From Minisyncoccia bacterium (GTDB lineage Bacteria; Patescibacteriota; Minisyncoccia; Phycocordibacterales; UBA918), in assembly GCA_046293175.1 (NCBI GenBank), contig JBKBPM010000001.1, positions 235,446 through 299,445 on the forward strand: a stretch of 64,000 nt of DNA, given 5' to 3'. Position numbers and translations under genes: made by a program. Shown here in pieces: positions 40,382 to 49,677 of this stretch (within the stretch, counting starts at the first letter, position 1; each line of letters begins with the position of its first letter). The notes under the pieces are model-generated. The model saw only the letters and a list, made by a program, of their open reading frames with translations, did not search any database and was not told the origin of the DNA.

Positions 40382-41338
40382 TTATTTCTTCAGTGGATGG
40401 AAGTCGCGGTGGGTGGTTTCGGCGAAGCGATCAGAGGCATGTACGTACCGGGTGGTGGTCTCAAGGGATTCGTGACCGAGGAGCACCTGGATGGCCGCTG
40501 GGTTCGCCCCTTGTTCAGCGAGATAGGTCGCAAAGCCGTGACGGAGACTGTGGGCGCTTGTTTTGATACTCATACCGAGGTATTCACGATACCACTTAAT
40601 CTTCATTTGCACGTAGTTAGGGGAGATATGCTTCTTTTTATTGTTGGCATTGAGGCCCCGTTCGGCTACAAAGATGTAGGGGTTTTCATCATCACGCATT
40701 TTGAGGTAATCGCGGATGTAGCCTTCGGCCCTAGCGGTGAGGTAGATGAAGCGTCGCTTCCGACCCTTACCTTCAACGAAGATTTTGCCCGAATGATCGA
40801 GCTGATTGATCTTGAGTGAAATCAGTTCTGAGATACGCATACCGCTCGCAAACAAGGTCTCCATGATGGCGCGGTTACGCTTCGCTACAAATTCATCCTT
40901 CTCGACGGTTGAGGGGCACTCAATAAGTCTAATGAGTTCATGGAGTTCAGCCACTTGGCCATGCTGCTTACCTATACGGAGAAGCTTAATCGCTTGTGGG
41001 GGAATGGGAGTAAACTCATCCATATCAAGGAGGTAGGAGAGATAACGCCGCAGAGAGGTGAGATGGCGGTTGATCGAACCACTTTTGAGCTTCACTTCAG
41101 ATTCTTGCCCATCAGCGGTCTTCCGGGTGGGGGAGTTGAGGTAGGCCTTGTATTGTTCGATGGTCTTTTTGGTGACTTTCTCAAATGGCAGGTCGCGCAT
41201 TTCATTTTTGAGGAAATTCGCAAATGTGTCGAGATCGCGCTCGTAGTTGTACAGAGTTTCGTGTGAGTAGTTGTTCGCCTGGATATGCAACAAGAAGTCA
41301 TCTATCGAGGGAAGTGTATTGGTTGAAGTTTTTGCCAT
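40382..41338 (-). CDS. XerC/D-like tyrosine recombinase
   Basis: N-terminal SAM-like domain; SGMRISEL, GKG, HSLRH, LLGH, TTRY catalytic residues. Confidence 0.93.
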   Translation of the reverse strand: MAKTSTNTLPSIDDFLLHIQANNYSHETLYNYERDLDTFANFLKNEMRDLPFEKVTKKTIEQYKAYLNSPTRKTADGQESEVKLKSGSINRHLTSLRRYLSYLLDMDEFTPIPPQAIKLLRIGKQHGQVAELHELIRLIECPSTVEKDEFVAKRNRAIMETLFASGMRISELISLKINQLDHSGKIFVEGKGRKRRFIYLTARAEGYIRDYLKMRDDENPYIFVAERGLNANNKKKHISPNYVQMKIKWYREYLGMSIKTSAHSLRHGFATYLAEQGANPAAIQVLLGHESLETTTRYVHASDRFAETTHRDFHPLKK

Positions 41339-42229
41339 ATTTTTATCGTGAACCAGATTCTTTGGATTCGTATTTCTATTATACCCCGGCAGTGGGGCAC
41401 CTCCCTTTAGGGCTGTTAATAACTGAGTATAATAACTCTAATACTCAGTATTATATCTAAAATAAAGCTATTTTTAACCTTTGATATAAATACGCGATTT
41501 GGCCTTGGTTAGACTCCGTCGTCAGTGTCTGTGTACTCTTCCCTACAGTCGTCTAAAATATTTTAAATTTTAGATTTTGATTTATTTCATTTTTGATCAC
41601 TTTTCTTTGGCTCTACGCTGGCGCAAATTTCTGACCTGATGTCAGTATCAGGTCTAAGGCCTCCTTGAGCCGATACTTGTATCAGGTCCAAGGCTTACGA
41701 CAGTTTTCTACATGACGTATATATCATCTCAAATGCCCTGCGAGGCTCTATGAGGCGTATACGCCCTCGTATGATGACAGTCTACAAGCGAATATTGGCC
41801 TTAGAAGTATCATCTACGTGAGGTTTGGTATGCATCAGAATTTTCAACAAATCTGACAAAAACTGTCCAAGTGTAATTTTGAAAAAATTTCATCGCGAAT
41901 TTTAGTTCTTATGACTGTGATGACGGCTATGTATATAGCAAACTAAACTTTGCAGTATAAAGACTCGGTAGATCAAGACAGAAAAATGAGTTCAAGTCCC
42001 CCATTTCTCTAATTACAATATTTTTATAAAATGTCAAGTAAAGTAGGGGAGTTACATTTTGATATAGGCAACTCACTTGACCTCATCTCAGTGTGCACAA
42101 ATTGCTGGTGACCCACCTGTCGCTTCCCTTGATGGACTGCCTGTGCTACGCACTACTCCCTTTCGAACTTGGCACCTTCGATTTACTCAAATTTCTTGAC
42201 AAAAAAATGCCCCATGATTATATAGGATT

Positions 42230-42361
42230 ATGAATCACAGATTCGCACAAGTATATAACCAAGATGAACGTCGCCGATTGTGGGGTGGTGGCTTTTCTGC
42301 CGTCAAGCTTGCGATTGTCACACGTGGCCTTGTATATAGCCGTGGAATTTGTATGAAATAA
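42230..42361 (+). CDS. Putative 43-aa leader peptide
   Basis: ATG right after TTGACA-N17-TATATA; followed by a terminator hairpin ahead of the GNAT gene. Confidence 0.45.
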   Translation: MNHRFAQVYNQDERRRLWGGGFSAVKLAIVTRGLVYSRGICMK

Positions 42362-42381
42362 TTCTCCTCTAGAAATAAAAC

Positions 42382-42426
42382 CATAAAAATCCCTCGGCTC
42401 GCATAAAAGGCCTGAGGGATTTTATG
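42382..42426 (+). terminator. Hairpin/attenuator upstream of the GNAT gene
   Basis: cataaaaatccctcggc...gcctgagggatttttatg. Confidence 0.7.
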
Positions 42427-42450
42427 TGAGCAAAAATCTGTTCTTTCACA

Positions 42451-43107
42451 ATGGAGAAAACCATGACGACCTCTCAAGTTGAACCGAACCGTCACGCCAT
42501 CTTCCTCCCATTTGCCGGCGGCGGCCTCGGTCCTCGGACCAACGATGAATCGATGATCGCCCAGGCGTGGCGAGGTATCAACGATGTCGAGAATCGTATC
42601 TATCTTTTGCGACAGTTTCCACAAACTGAAGCGGCACAGCGCGAGTGGTGGCTCAAGTCTGATACCGACAAAGAACTGGTGTTCGTGATCTATCAAGGCA
42701 AAACCGCCATCGGTACCATGGGCGTCCATCACATCGACTACGTACATGGGCACGCAACTACTAGTACGCTCATCTGGTCTGCCGAGCATCGCAACCAAGG
42801 GATTGCCACCAGGGCCAAGCTCGTACTCCTCGAGTATTTGTTTGATACCTTGAACCTCCGGCGGATCTACTCGCACTACATTGACTACAATGGTCGGAGT
42901 GCTCGGTATAGTGACAAGTGTGGGTATGTCGAGGTTGCTCGACTCCCGGGACACTTTCGGTTTGGTCCAATGTTTGCGGACGAGGTAACGCTCATGTGTG
43001 AGCGCAGTACCTGGCTCCCCTGCTTTGTAAAATACCAAAGTGAGAACCCAGCTCCCCTCACCCGTCCTCAGCTGATTGCCAAACACCGCAAGGCGGTTGG
43101 TAAATAA
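42451..43107 (+). CDS. RimJ/RimL-type GNAT N-acetyltransferase
   Basis: IGTMG, HRNQGIAT, LNLRRI, N.RS...KCGY. Confidence 0.88.
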   Translation: MEKTMTTSQVEPNRHAIFLPFAGGGLGPRTNDESMIAQAWRGINDVENRIYLLRQFPQTEAAQREWWLKSDTDKELVFVIYQGKTAIGTMGVHHIDYVHGHATTSTLIWSAEHRNQGIATRAKLVLLEYLFDTLNLRRIYSHYIDYNGRSARYSDKCGYVEVARLPGHFRFGPMFADEVTLMCERSTWLPCFVKYQSENPAPLTRPQLIAKHRKAVGK

Positions 43108-43154
43108 AACATCACCCGCGCTTACAGGCGCGGGTTTCTCGTTTGTAACGAAAT

Positions 43155-43484
43155 ATGAGCTTATTTGCTATACTTATGAAAGTAATCAAGGAGGCCTTGA
43201 TGCAGTTCTATAAGATCATCTATCTCCAGGCTGGTGAGGTTCAGATTGGTGTGCTCGGTCTCTATGTGGTCAATAATGAGTCTGTAGGGTCATTTGTACG
43301 AATAGATGGTCATCATTCAGCTGGTTGGACTCTTTCGACAGTACCTTCTTATTTCGTTGGTAATGATTTTGCGCTTCACGATTTACGTCACAAAATTCAA
43401 CGAAACTTTGGTGCTCGTCTCATTGTTCGCTATGACTATGCGGCAAATCTTGATAGCCGACCCAGAGCCGAAGAAGAAAAATAA
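43155..43484 (+). CDS. Hypothetical protein
   Basis: ORF; GGAGG SD suggests a start near 43200. Confidence 0.45.
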   Translation: MSLFAILMKVIKEALMQFYKIIYLQAGEVQIGVLGLYVVNNESVGSFVRIDGHHSAGWTLSTVPSYFVGNDFALHDLRHKIQRNFGARLIVRYDYAANLDSRPRAEEEK

Positions 43485-43514
43485 TGCGGTCCCAAACGGG
43501 ACCGCATAGTATTA

Positions 43515-44831
43515 TTAATACGGCGGAAGATAGTTCATTGGGTCGAGGTAGGCTTCGGTGGCGGCTACCGGTGTGGTGGCTGAACCACAACTGGTTGAGG
43601 TCTTAATCTCGTTAAACTGTCGAACGCTTACTCCGTCTTTTGCATAAACAGTAAAGTGGAGGTGAGGACCGGTTGAATAACCGGTATTACCTGTGTACCC
43701 AATAATCTCACCGGTAGCTACTCGCTGGCCAGGAGTGACCGCAATCGTGTCCTGGTGGGCGTAGAGGGTGGAGAGACCGTTGGCGTGATCAATGAGTGTC
43801 CACTTCCCCCATGAGTAACAACCCGGTACCAAGTCGGTGTTCCCGGTAGCTCGTACTGTTCCGGAGAGAGGTGCATAGATAGCGGAGCCGCGCGGTACCC
43901 CAAAGTCGACACCAGGGTGGTAAGCGCGGCCACCGTAGACGCTCGCGTTACGCTTGGCAAACTCAGTACCACCAAAGTACTGGGTGATGACGACGTTTTT
44001 GATTGGCCAGGCAAATACTGCCGTACCAGCTGCAGGAATAGTAGTTGGATCAAGGATAAATTGCAGTTTAGCTTCAAAACTACGCATCTCAGCAGTGATT
44101 TGTTCACGAGCAGCTTGCTTAGCTTTGATGATTTTTTGATACTCACTTTCTTTGTTTTTGGTAGCGGCTAAGAGTTGAGTTCGTTCAGCTTTGTTGTTGG
44201 CGAGTACGGTACTCTGGTTACCATACTGGTCTTTAAGATCGACGAGTGCCCCACGGCGATCCTCGGTGGCGTCACGTTTTTCATCAAGTGCGAGCTTCAG
44301 CGAGTCAAGTTTCTTAACTTTCTCAGCCATACTACTTTGAATCTGTAGCATCATATCAAGCTGTGACCAAAAATCCGAAAGGTGTTTATGTTGCAGCATC
44401 ACTTCGATCATACTCATTTGTTCGGTCTTGTAGCTCCGTCGAATAATCTCACTGATAGCAGCTTTTTGTTTATCAATATCATTTTCAGTCGCTTCGATTT
44501 CTAGAATAAGCTGTGAGAGTTCGAGGTCGGTGGCTGCAATTTTGTTTTCGGTGTAGCGGATATCAGCTTGCACTTTCTTACGTTCGAGTTCAAGCTGGTT
44601 AATGGCTTTTTGGAGTGTGTTCTTTTCGGCGCCAACTTTTTTGAGATCTTGTTCAAATTGGGCAATTTCTTTTTCGATATCAAGGAGACGCTGACTGCGG
44701 TCATTGATCTCCTGTTTCAACTTATCAACTTCAGATGATTGTGCCGACACAGAAAAGGCGCCAGCAAACAAAAGTGGCAACACTAAGACCCCGTAGACAA
44801 AAGCTAGTCTGTGATGAACAACACTATCCAT
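43515..44831 (-). CDS. Coiled-coil M23 murein endopeptidase/activator
   Basis: Signal, long coiled coil, HPGVD, YAH, GYSTGPHLHF. Confidence 0.92.
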   Translation of the reverse strand: MDSVVHHRLAFVYGVLVLPLLFAGAFSVSAQSSEVDKLKQEINDRSQRLLDIEKEIAQFEQDLKKVGAEKNTLQKAINQLELERKKVQADIRYTENKIAATDLELSQLILEIEATENDIDKQKAAISEIIRRSYKTEQMSMIEVMLQHKHLSDFWSQLDMMLQIQSSMAEKVKKLDSLKLALDEKRDATEDRRGALVDLKDQYGNQSTVLANNKAERTQLLAATKNKESEYQKIIKAKQAAREQITAEMRSFEAKLQFILDPTTIPAAGTAVFAWPIKNVVITQYFGGTEFAKRNASVYGGRAYHPGVDFGVPRGSAIYAPLSGTVRATGNTDLVPGCYSWGKWTLIDHANGLSTLYAHQDTIAVTPGQRVATGEIIGYTGNTGYSTGPHLHFTVYAKDGVSVRQFNEIKTSTSCGSATTPVAATEAYLDPMNYLPPY

Positions 44832-46185
44832 TACGGATTATTTTATCACAAGCAGTGACAATTCTCGTCAAAGTTTCCTGTTGACCAAGAATATAGGCGA
44901 TGGTAAAGGGGTCTGGCGACTGGGCACGGCCGGATAAAGCCGTCCGGAGTGGCCATAAAACAACTGCCTTGCCTGCTGATTCAGCGTATGGCCAAATCAA
45001 TGCCTTAATTGCCTCAGGAGACGAAAAATCAGCGCTGGCGAGGCTATGAAGGACCGCCTGGAGGTGTGGAATGACTTCTTTTGGTTCGGTGACTCCCTTG
45101 GGTATCAGTAAGGATGCTTCATAAATAGGGGTGCTAAAGGCAAAGTCATACTCCCCTGCCTCGACATTAGCAATGAATTCTTGTCGGACAGAAATGCGCT
45201 CTCGGATAGTTGGTAAGAGTTTGGTGAATTTTTCATCGCTGTAGCCAGGCATTTCGGTGAGTCTGGTTGGGATGTCAGCTTTGATGTAGTCGCGAAAAGC
45301 TTCCTCGGAAAGCTTGTTAAGGTGCTCGCGATTAAACCACAAGAACTTGTCACGATTAAATACTGCCCCACTCTTCTGAACATGGGTAATATCAAACCGC
45401 TTAACGAGTTCATCAAGGGTAAAAAGTTCTTCGTCTGTGCCAGGGTTCCAGCCGAGGAGGGCGAGGTAATTAATAATCGCGGAATCAAGAAAACCTTCCT
45501 GTCGGTAGCTCTCGATGGATACTGCACCATGTCGTTTAGACATCTTTGATCGATCGGGTGCGAGAATAAGAGGTAAGTGGGCGTAAATCGGTCGGGTAAA
45601 ACCGAGTGCTTCTTGAATAAGAATCTGCCGTGGGGTGTTTGAGATATGGTCTTCTCCACGAATAACGTGGGTAACACCCATCAGCGCGTCGTCAACTACG
45701 ACCGCGAAGTGGTAAAGCGCGTCATCAACAGAACGTGCTATGACGATATCACCGAGCTCGGTAGTATTGAAAGTAATATCACCACGCACGAGGTCATTAA
45801 ATGTGATGTCTTTGTTTGGGTTACGTAACCGAACCACCTCTACCATGACCGTCGCGTCGGCTTTACTTGGTTCTTTTGAGATGTATGCGCTGCCGTTTGC
45901 GATTGCACGCTCGAGGTGCTCACGGTAAATGTGCGCTCGTTCTGATTGACGGACTATTTTACCGTCATCATTTTCCCAGGTAAGACCAAGGCTTAAAAGT
46001 CCATTGATGATTTCGTTTTCAAAAGCTTTGGTGCTGCGCGCTTTGTCCGTGTCTTCACTACGAAAGACCATATGGCCGCCGTGATGTTTGGCAAAGAGAT
46101 AGTTAAAAAGTGCCGTGCGGACAGTACCGATGTGGAGTTTGCCGGTTGGGCTTGGTGGAATGCGAGTGATAACAGTGTCTGACAT
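44824..46185 (-). CDS. gltX: Glutamate--tRNA ligase
   Basis: PSPTG.LHIG, THVIRGEDH, KMSKR. Confidence 0.96.
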   Translation of the reverse strand: MSDTVITRIPPSPTGKLHIGTVRTALFNYLFAKHHGGHMVFRSEDTDKARSTKAFENEIINGLLSLGLTWENDDGKIVRQSERAHIYREHLERAIANGSAYISKEPSKADATVMVEVVRLRNPNKDITFNDLVRGDITFNTTELGDIVIARSVDDALYHFAVVVDDALMGVTHVIRGEDHISNTPRQILIQEALGFTRPIYAHLPLILAPDRSKMSKRHGAVSIESYRQEGFLDSAIINYLALLGWNPGTDEELFTLDELVKRFDITHVQKSGAVFNRDKFLWFNREHLNKLSEEAFRDYIKADIPTRLTEMPGYSDEKFTKLLPTIRERISVRQEFIANVEAGEYDFAFSTPIYEASLLIPKGVTEPKEVIPHLQAVLHSLASADFSSPEAIKALIWPYAESAGKAVVLWPLRTALSGRAQSPDPFTIAYILGQQETLTRIVTACDKIIRNG

Positions 46186-46191
46186 ATTGTT

Positions 46192-47307
46192 TTAGATAGA
46201 TCCGTGTTCTTGTGCTATAGCAATGAGGATTTGCGCAATCTGGTTGGCAGCGTGTGGGGTCGCAAAGGTGCGAGCGGCTCGACTCATAGCCTCATAACGA
46301 ACGGGGTCCCCCATAATAGACTGTATTTCTGAGGTAAGCAAATACGGTGTGAGATTCCCCTCTTCCATCACGGTGGCAGCGCCGGAACGGGCATAGGCGT
46401 AGGCATTGGTGCGCTGATCGTGACTGATTTCCTCAGGGATAGGTATCACAATCGCGGGAGTACCATGGAGGGCGATTTCAAAGAGGGTGGTACTCCCTGC
46501 TCTGGTAATAACAAGACTTGCCGCCTCAAATAAAGCTGACATCGTTTCAGCGTCCATAGTTCCTTTCACAAAATAGCGTTCAAGCAAGTTTTTGTCCGCA
46601 ACCAAAGCTTGTGAGGTTTGAATCACTACTTTCTCCTCAGTCGGGCCAGTTTGGTGAAAGACGGTGAATTGAGGCAAGAGCTGGGTAAGACTATTGAGAA
46701 TAAAATTATTGATGCGTATAGCACCGAGTGATCCGCCAGTTACAAAGATGATTGGTCGGTCTTTTGGTACACCTAAAAACTTGTGTGGGTTTGGGTGTGG
46801 TGTCTGCAGACTTTTTCGAATCGGAATACCAACGAGGGCAGTTTTTTCAGCTGGAAAATATTCTGCGGCACTTGCGTACGCGATACCGATATAGCGAGCG
46901 AATTTCTTTGCGAGGTTACTGGCGCGTCCGGGCTTACTATCAGACTCATGGATGACTACAGGAATCCGATAAAAACGCGCCATAAGGAGCATTGGGACAC
47001 TTGTATAGCCACCCTTACTAAAGAGGACGTCTGGGTAAAGGACAAAAAGTTTGTACCAAGCGACAAAGAGGCCGCCAATGGTACGGAAGATATCGGTGAA
47101 ATTTTCAATAGCAAAATACCGTCGGACTTTACCAGCCGGACAAGAGACGAAGTTGATATTGAGACGAGTAAGTTCTGCAGCGTTGTACTCGTGTGGTCCA
47201 AAATAGTAGAGCTCAGCGGTTGGATAGATATCACGAATAGCTTCAGCCACTGCAATGAGTGGATAAAAGTGTCCGCCGGTACCGCCACCAACAAGTGCTA
47301 TCTTCAT
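46192..47307 (-). CDS. murG: Lipid II GlcNAc transferase MurG
   Basis: GGGTGGHFYP, HESD, GGSLGA, RAGSTT. Confidence 0.96.
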   Translation of the reverse strand: MKIALVGGGTGGHFYPLIAVAEAIRDIYPTAELYYFGPHEYNAAELTRLNINFVSCPAGKVRRYFAIENFTDIFRTIGGLFVAWYKLFVLYPDVLFSKGGYTSVPMLLMARFYRIPVVIHESDSKPGRASNLAKKFARYIGIAYASAAEYFPAEKTALVGIPIRKSLQTPHPNPHKFLGVPKDRPIIFVTGGSLGAIRINNFILNSLTQLLPQFTVFHQTGPTEEKVVIQTSQALVADKNLLERYFVKGTMDAETMSALFEAASLVITRAGSTTLFEIALHGTPAIVIPIPEEISHDQRTNAYAYARSGAATVMEEGNLTPYLLTSEIQSIMGDPVRYEAMSRAARTFATPHAANQIAQILIAIAQEHGSI

Positions 47308-47321
47308 ATCTGGTAATACTA

Positions 47322-48440
47322 TCACGCGCCTCGCTTGGTTTCCCGGTATTTTGACACATTAAGGACGATACCAACCATAGTGAGGGTGGCAAGAAGTGCT
47401 GTACCGCCATGACTGATAAATGGTAGCGGAAGTCCCGAGAGTGGCGCGACACCAAGCATGGCACCTATATTGAGAAAGGCTTGGCAGATGATGAGTGTCA
47501 TAAAACCAACAACAAGGAGTGTCCCAAACAAATCAGGTGCTTGTCCGGCAATCTTGTAGCCGCGTAAGGTAAAGCCTAGGTACAGAAGGATAAGGAGACT
47601 TGAACCCATAAAACCAAATTCTTCGGCATATACCGCAAAAATCGAGTCACCAATTGGTTCAGGTAAGTACTCAAACTTTTGAATACTCTGCCCAAAGCCA
47701 CGACCGGAAAAACCACCCGAGCCAACCGCAATCAGAGACTGCTGAATCTGATACCCACTACCAAGCGGATCTCGCTCGGGATGGAGGAAAGTAGTGAGGC
47801 GATCCATGATGTATGGACGCACCATTGCCACGATGGCAAGGAGAAGCACTGCTGACAAAAACATGAGCCCCACATCCCGCCATCGGCCACCAGCAGTCAC
47901 AAACATCGCCATAGCAGCAGCGCCCATAATTAAGAAGGTATCAGTGTCTGGTTGTAAGAGCATGACGATCCCAACACTCCCAACTATCGCAACAAACGGC
48001 AATGTGCCTTTGATTGTATCGGTAATTACATCACGCATCCCCGAGAGCCAGGTAGCGACGTAGATGATGAACCCAAGCTTCAGCAGCTCAGCTGGTTGAA
48101 GTGTAAAACCACCAATAGAAATCCAGCGAGTCGCTCCCCCGTGTGTCATACCAAGTCCTGGGATAAACACGGCGAGTGTGAGGAGTATCGTCAAAAGAAA
48201 GATATAAAATGCATAGCGGCGGAGGTGTCGGTAGTGGAGCTGCGACATCGCAAAAAGGGCTATTCCCCCACCGAGGATACCAAAGAGAAACTGACTGGTC
48301 GCGACACTGCCAAAGCTTGCGCCATCGCGCGCCAGGAGGCCGAGTGAAGCGGAGGAGAAAATCAAAAAACCAAACCCCACGAGGAGAGCGACAAATAAGG
48401 CGAGGACCTTGTCGATGGATTTGTTTGGTTGGTTTTTCAT
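47322..48440 (-). CDS. ftsW: SEDS protein FtsW
   Basis: GATRW, QPAE, LQPD, GYQ, LPFISHGG; upstream of murG. Confidence 0.93.
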   Translation of the reverse strand: MKNQPNKSIDKVLALFVALLVGFGFLIFSSASLGLLARDGASFGSVATSQFLFGILGGGIALFAMSQLHYRHLRRYAFYIFLLTILLTLAVFIPGLGMTHGGATRWISIGGFTLQPAELLKLGFIIYVATWLSGMRDVITDTIKGTLPFVAIVGSVGIVMLLQPDTDTFLIMGAAAMAMFVTAGGRWRDVGLMFLSAVLLLAIVAMVRPYIMDRLTTFLHPERDPLGSGYQIQQSLIAVGSGGFSGRGFGQSIQKFEYLPEPIGDSIFAVYAEEFGFMGSSLLILLYLGFTLRGYKIAGQAPDLFGTLLVVGFMTLIICQAFLNIGAMLGVAPLSGLPLPFISHGGTALLATLTMVGIVLNVSKYRETKRGA

Positions 48441-48473
48441 AAAAAAGTTTTTTAATTCGTTCTGTTGCCACTA

Positions 48474-48605
48474 TAGAGTATGTTCAGAATGATGTCAGAC
48501 AAGGTATGCGAAGAAGGAATCGTGAGACGTGACGTATGTATTGTACGATGAATGGTTCCGACTAAAGTACAACAAAGTATGGCAGTATTTCTGGACCTAC
48601 TCTTA
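48474..48605. repeat. ERIC-like imperfect palindrome, copy F (minus orientation)
   Basis: Minus strand: TAAGAGTAGGTCCAGAA...TTTGTTG...TCAT-CGTAC-loop-ATACG...TTCTGAACATACTCTA, just after the mraY stop. Confidence 0.75.
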
Positions 48606-48607
48606 CG

Positions 48608-49666
48608 TTACATGATAGTTGCCAAGACAAGGCCTGATACTGCACATATGATGCTGATAACCCAATACCGCATGGTCACCTTCGTACTCGGCCAACCGAT
48701 CGCTTCAAAGTGGTGATGAAGTGGTGCAATACGGAAAAGTTTCCTTCCTGTCACTTTGCGGTACGAAAGCTGAAGAACATTTGAAACGACGGTAGCAACC
48801 AGAGGAAGTCCAATAATTGGTAAAAGTGCAATCCCGTGTCCTTCACCTAGTTCATCGGTCATAAAGACTATTACCGCCAGTGACAGGGTGAGCGACATCG
48901 AACCGGTCTCTGTCATCCAGAAGCGAGCAGGTGGAATATTAAACCAGAGGAAGGCCAAGATGCCGCCAGCGATGGTGGCACAGAGTGCAGCGATATCATA
49001 CTGCGACTGTACAAAGGCTACACCAGCATACGACAAGAAGACAGCGGTAAAAACTCCACCGGAGAGACCATCAATCCCATCGATAACGCCACTAGCGTAG
49101 AGTGAGATGGTTAAAAAGATAAAAAGCGGTATGATAAGCCATCCGACATACATTGCTCCATCAAACGGAATACCAATAGCGTCTACGCCAAGCTTGGCAT
49201 AAAACCAGTACCCAATTCCTCCAGCAAGTACAGAAATGATAATAAGACGGATCTTGAGTGAAAGTCCTTTGCCACCATGCACGACGTCGTAATAGTCATT
49301 TAAAAAACCAATACTCGCTCCAATCATGAGTGCGGCGACAGGTATCCAGGTCTGTGCGCGACTAAGGAAATATACCGCCGCCCACTGGCTGGCTGGAAAG
49401 ATGATCTCGATCAAGCCCAGTGCGACAATCGTCAATAGTACACTCACCCATATCACAATCCCACCCATTCGTGGTGTCTTTACTTCCCCGTCACCCTTAA
49501 GACGGTTAAACTCAGTTGCTACATGTCCGCCCATGGCGGTTTTGCCACCCTGCTTCTTCCAGACCTTATACTTGAAAAGGTAGTGGGTAATGAGTGGTGT
49601 GATAATGAGGCCAATCACAAAGGCCATAATCGCCGGGACAAACACTTTGATAATTGGGTATTCCAT
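48608..49666 (-). CDS. mraY: Phospho-MurNAc-pentapeptide transferase
   Basis: TPRMGG, DGIDGL, WFNIPPA, APLHHHFE. Confidence 0.95.
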   Translation of the reverse strand: MEYPIIKVFVPAIMAFVIGLIITPLITHYLFKYKVWKKQGGKTAMGGHVATEFNRLKGDGEVKTPRMGGIVIWVSVLLTIVALGLIEIIFPASQWAAVYFLSRAQTWIPVAALMIGASIGFLNDYYDVVHGGKGLSLKIRLIIISVLAGGIGYWFYAKLGVDAIGIPFDGAMYVGWLIIPLFIFLTISLYASGVIDGIDGLSGGVFTAVFLSYAGVAFVQSQYDIAALCATIAGGILAFLWFNIPPARFWMTETGSMSLTLSLAVIVFMTDELGEGHGIALLPIIGLPLVATVVSNVLQLSYRKVTGRKLFRIAPLHHHFEAIGWPSTKVTMRYWVISIICAVSGLVLATIM

Positions 49667-49677
49667 AGACGTGTAGA

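Noticed and set aside
40382-41338. Prophage or ICE integrase
   Set aside because: Length and domain layout fit a chromosomal Xer; no phage or conjugation genes nearby.
42235-43086. 283-aa minus-strand ORF
   Set aside because: Antisense shadow of the GNAT gene, with no recognisable motifs.
40382-43500. Replication terminus, suggested by the switch to minus-strand genes next to xer
   Set aside because: By eye the plus strand stays G-rich to the right and minus genes there (gltX, mraY) are C-rich at third positions, so no skew inversion is evident; needs computation.
4677-48605. Palindromes as CRISPR repeats or integron attC sites
   Set aside because: They are dispersed singletons with no spacer array, no cas or intI gene, and no RYYYAAC/GTTRRRY ends.
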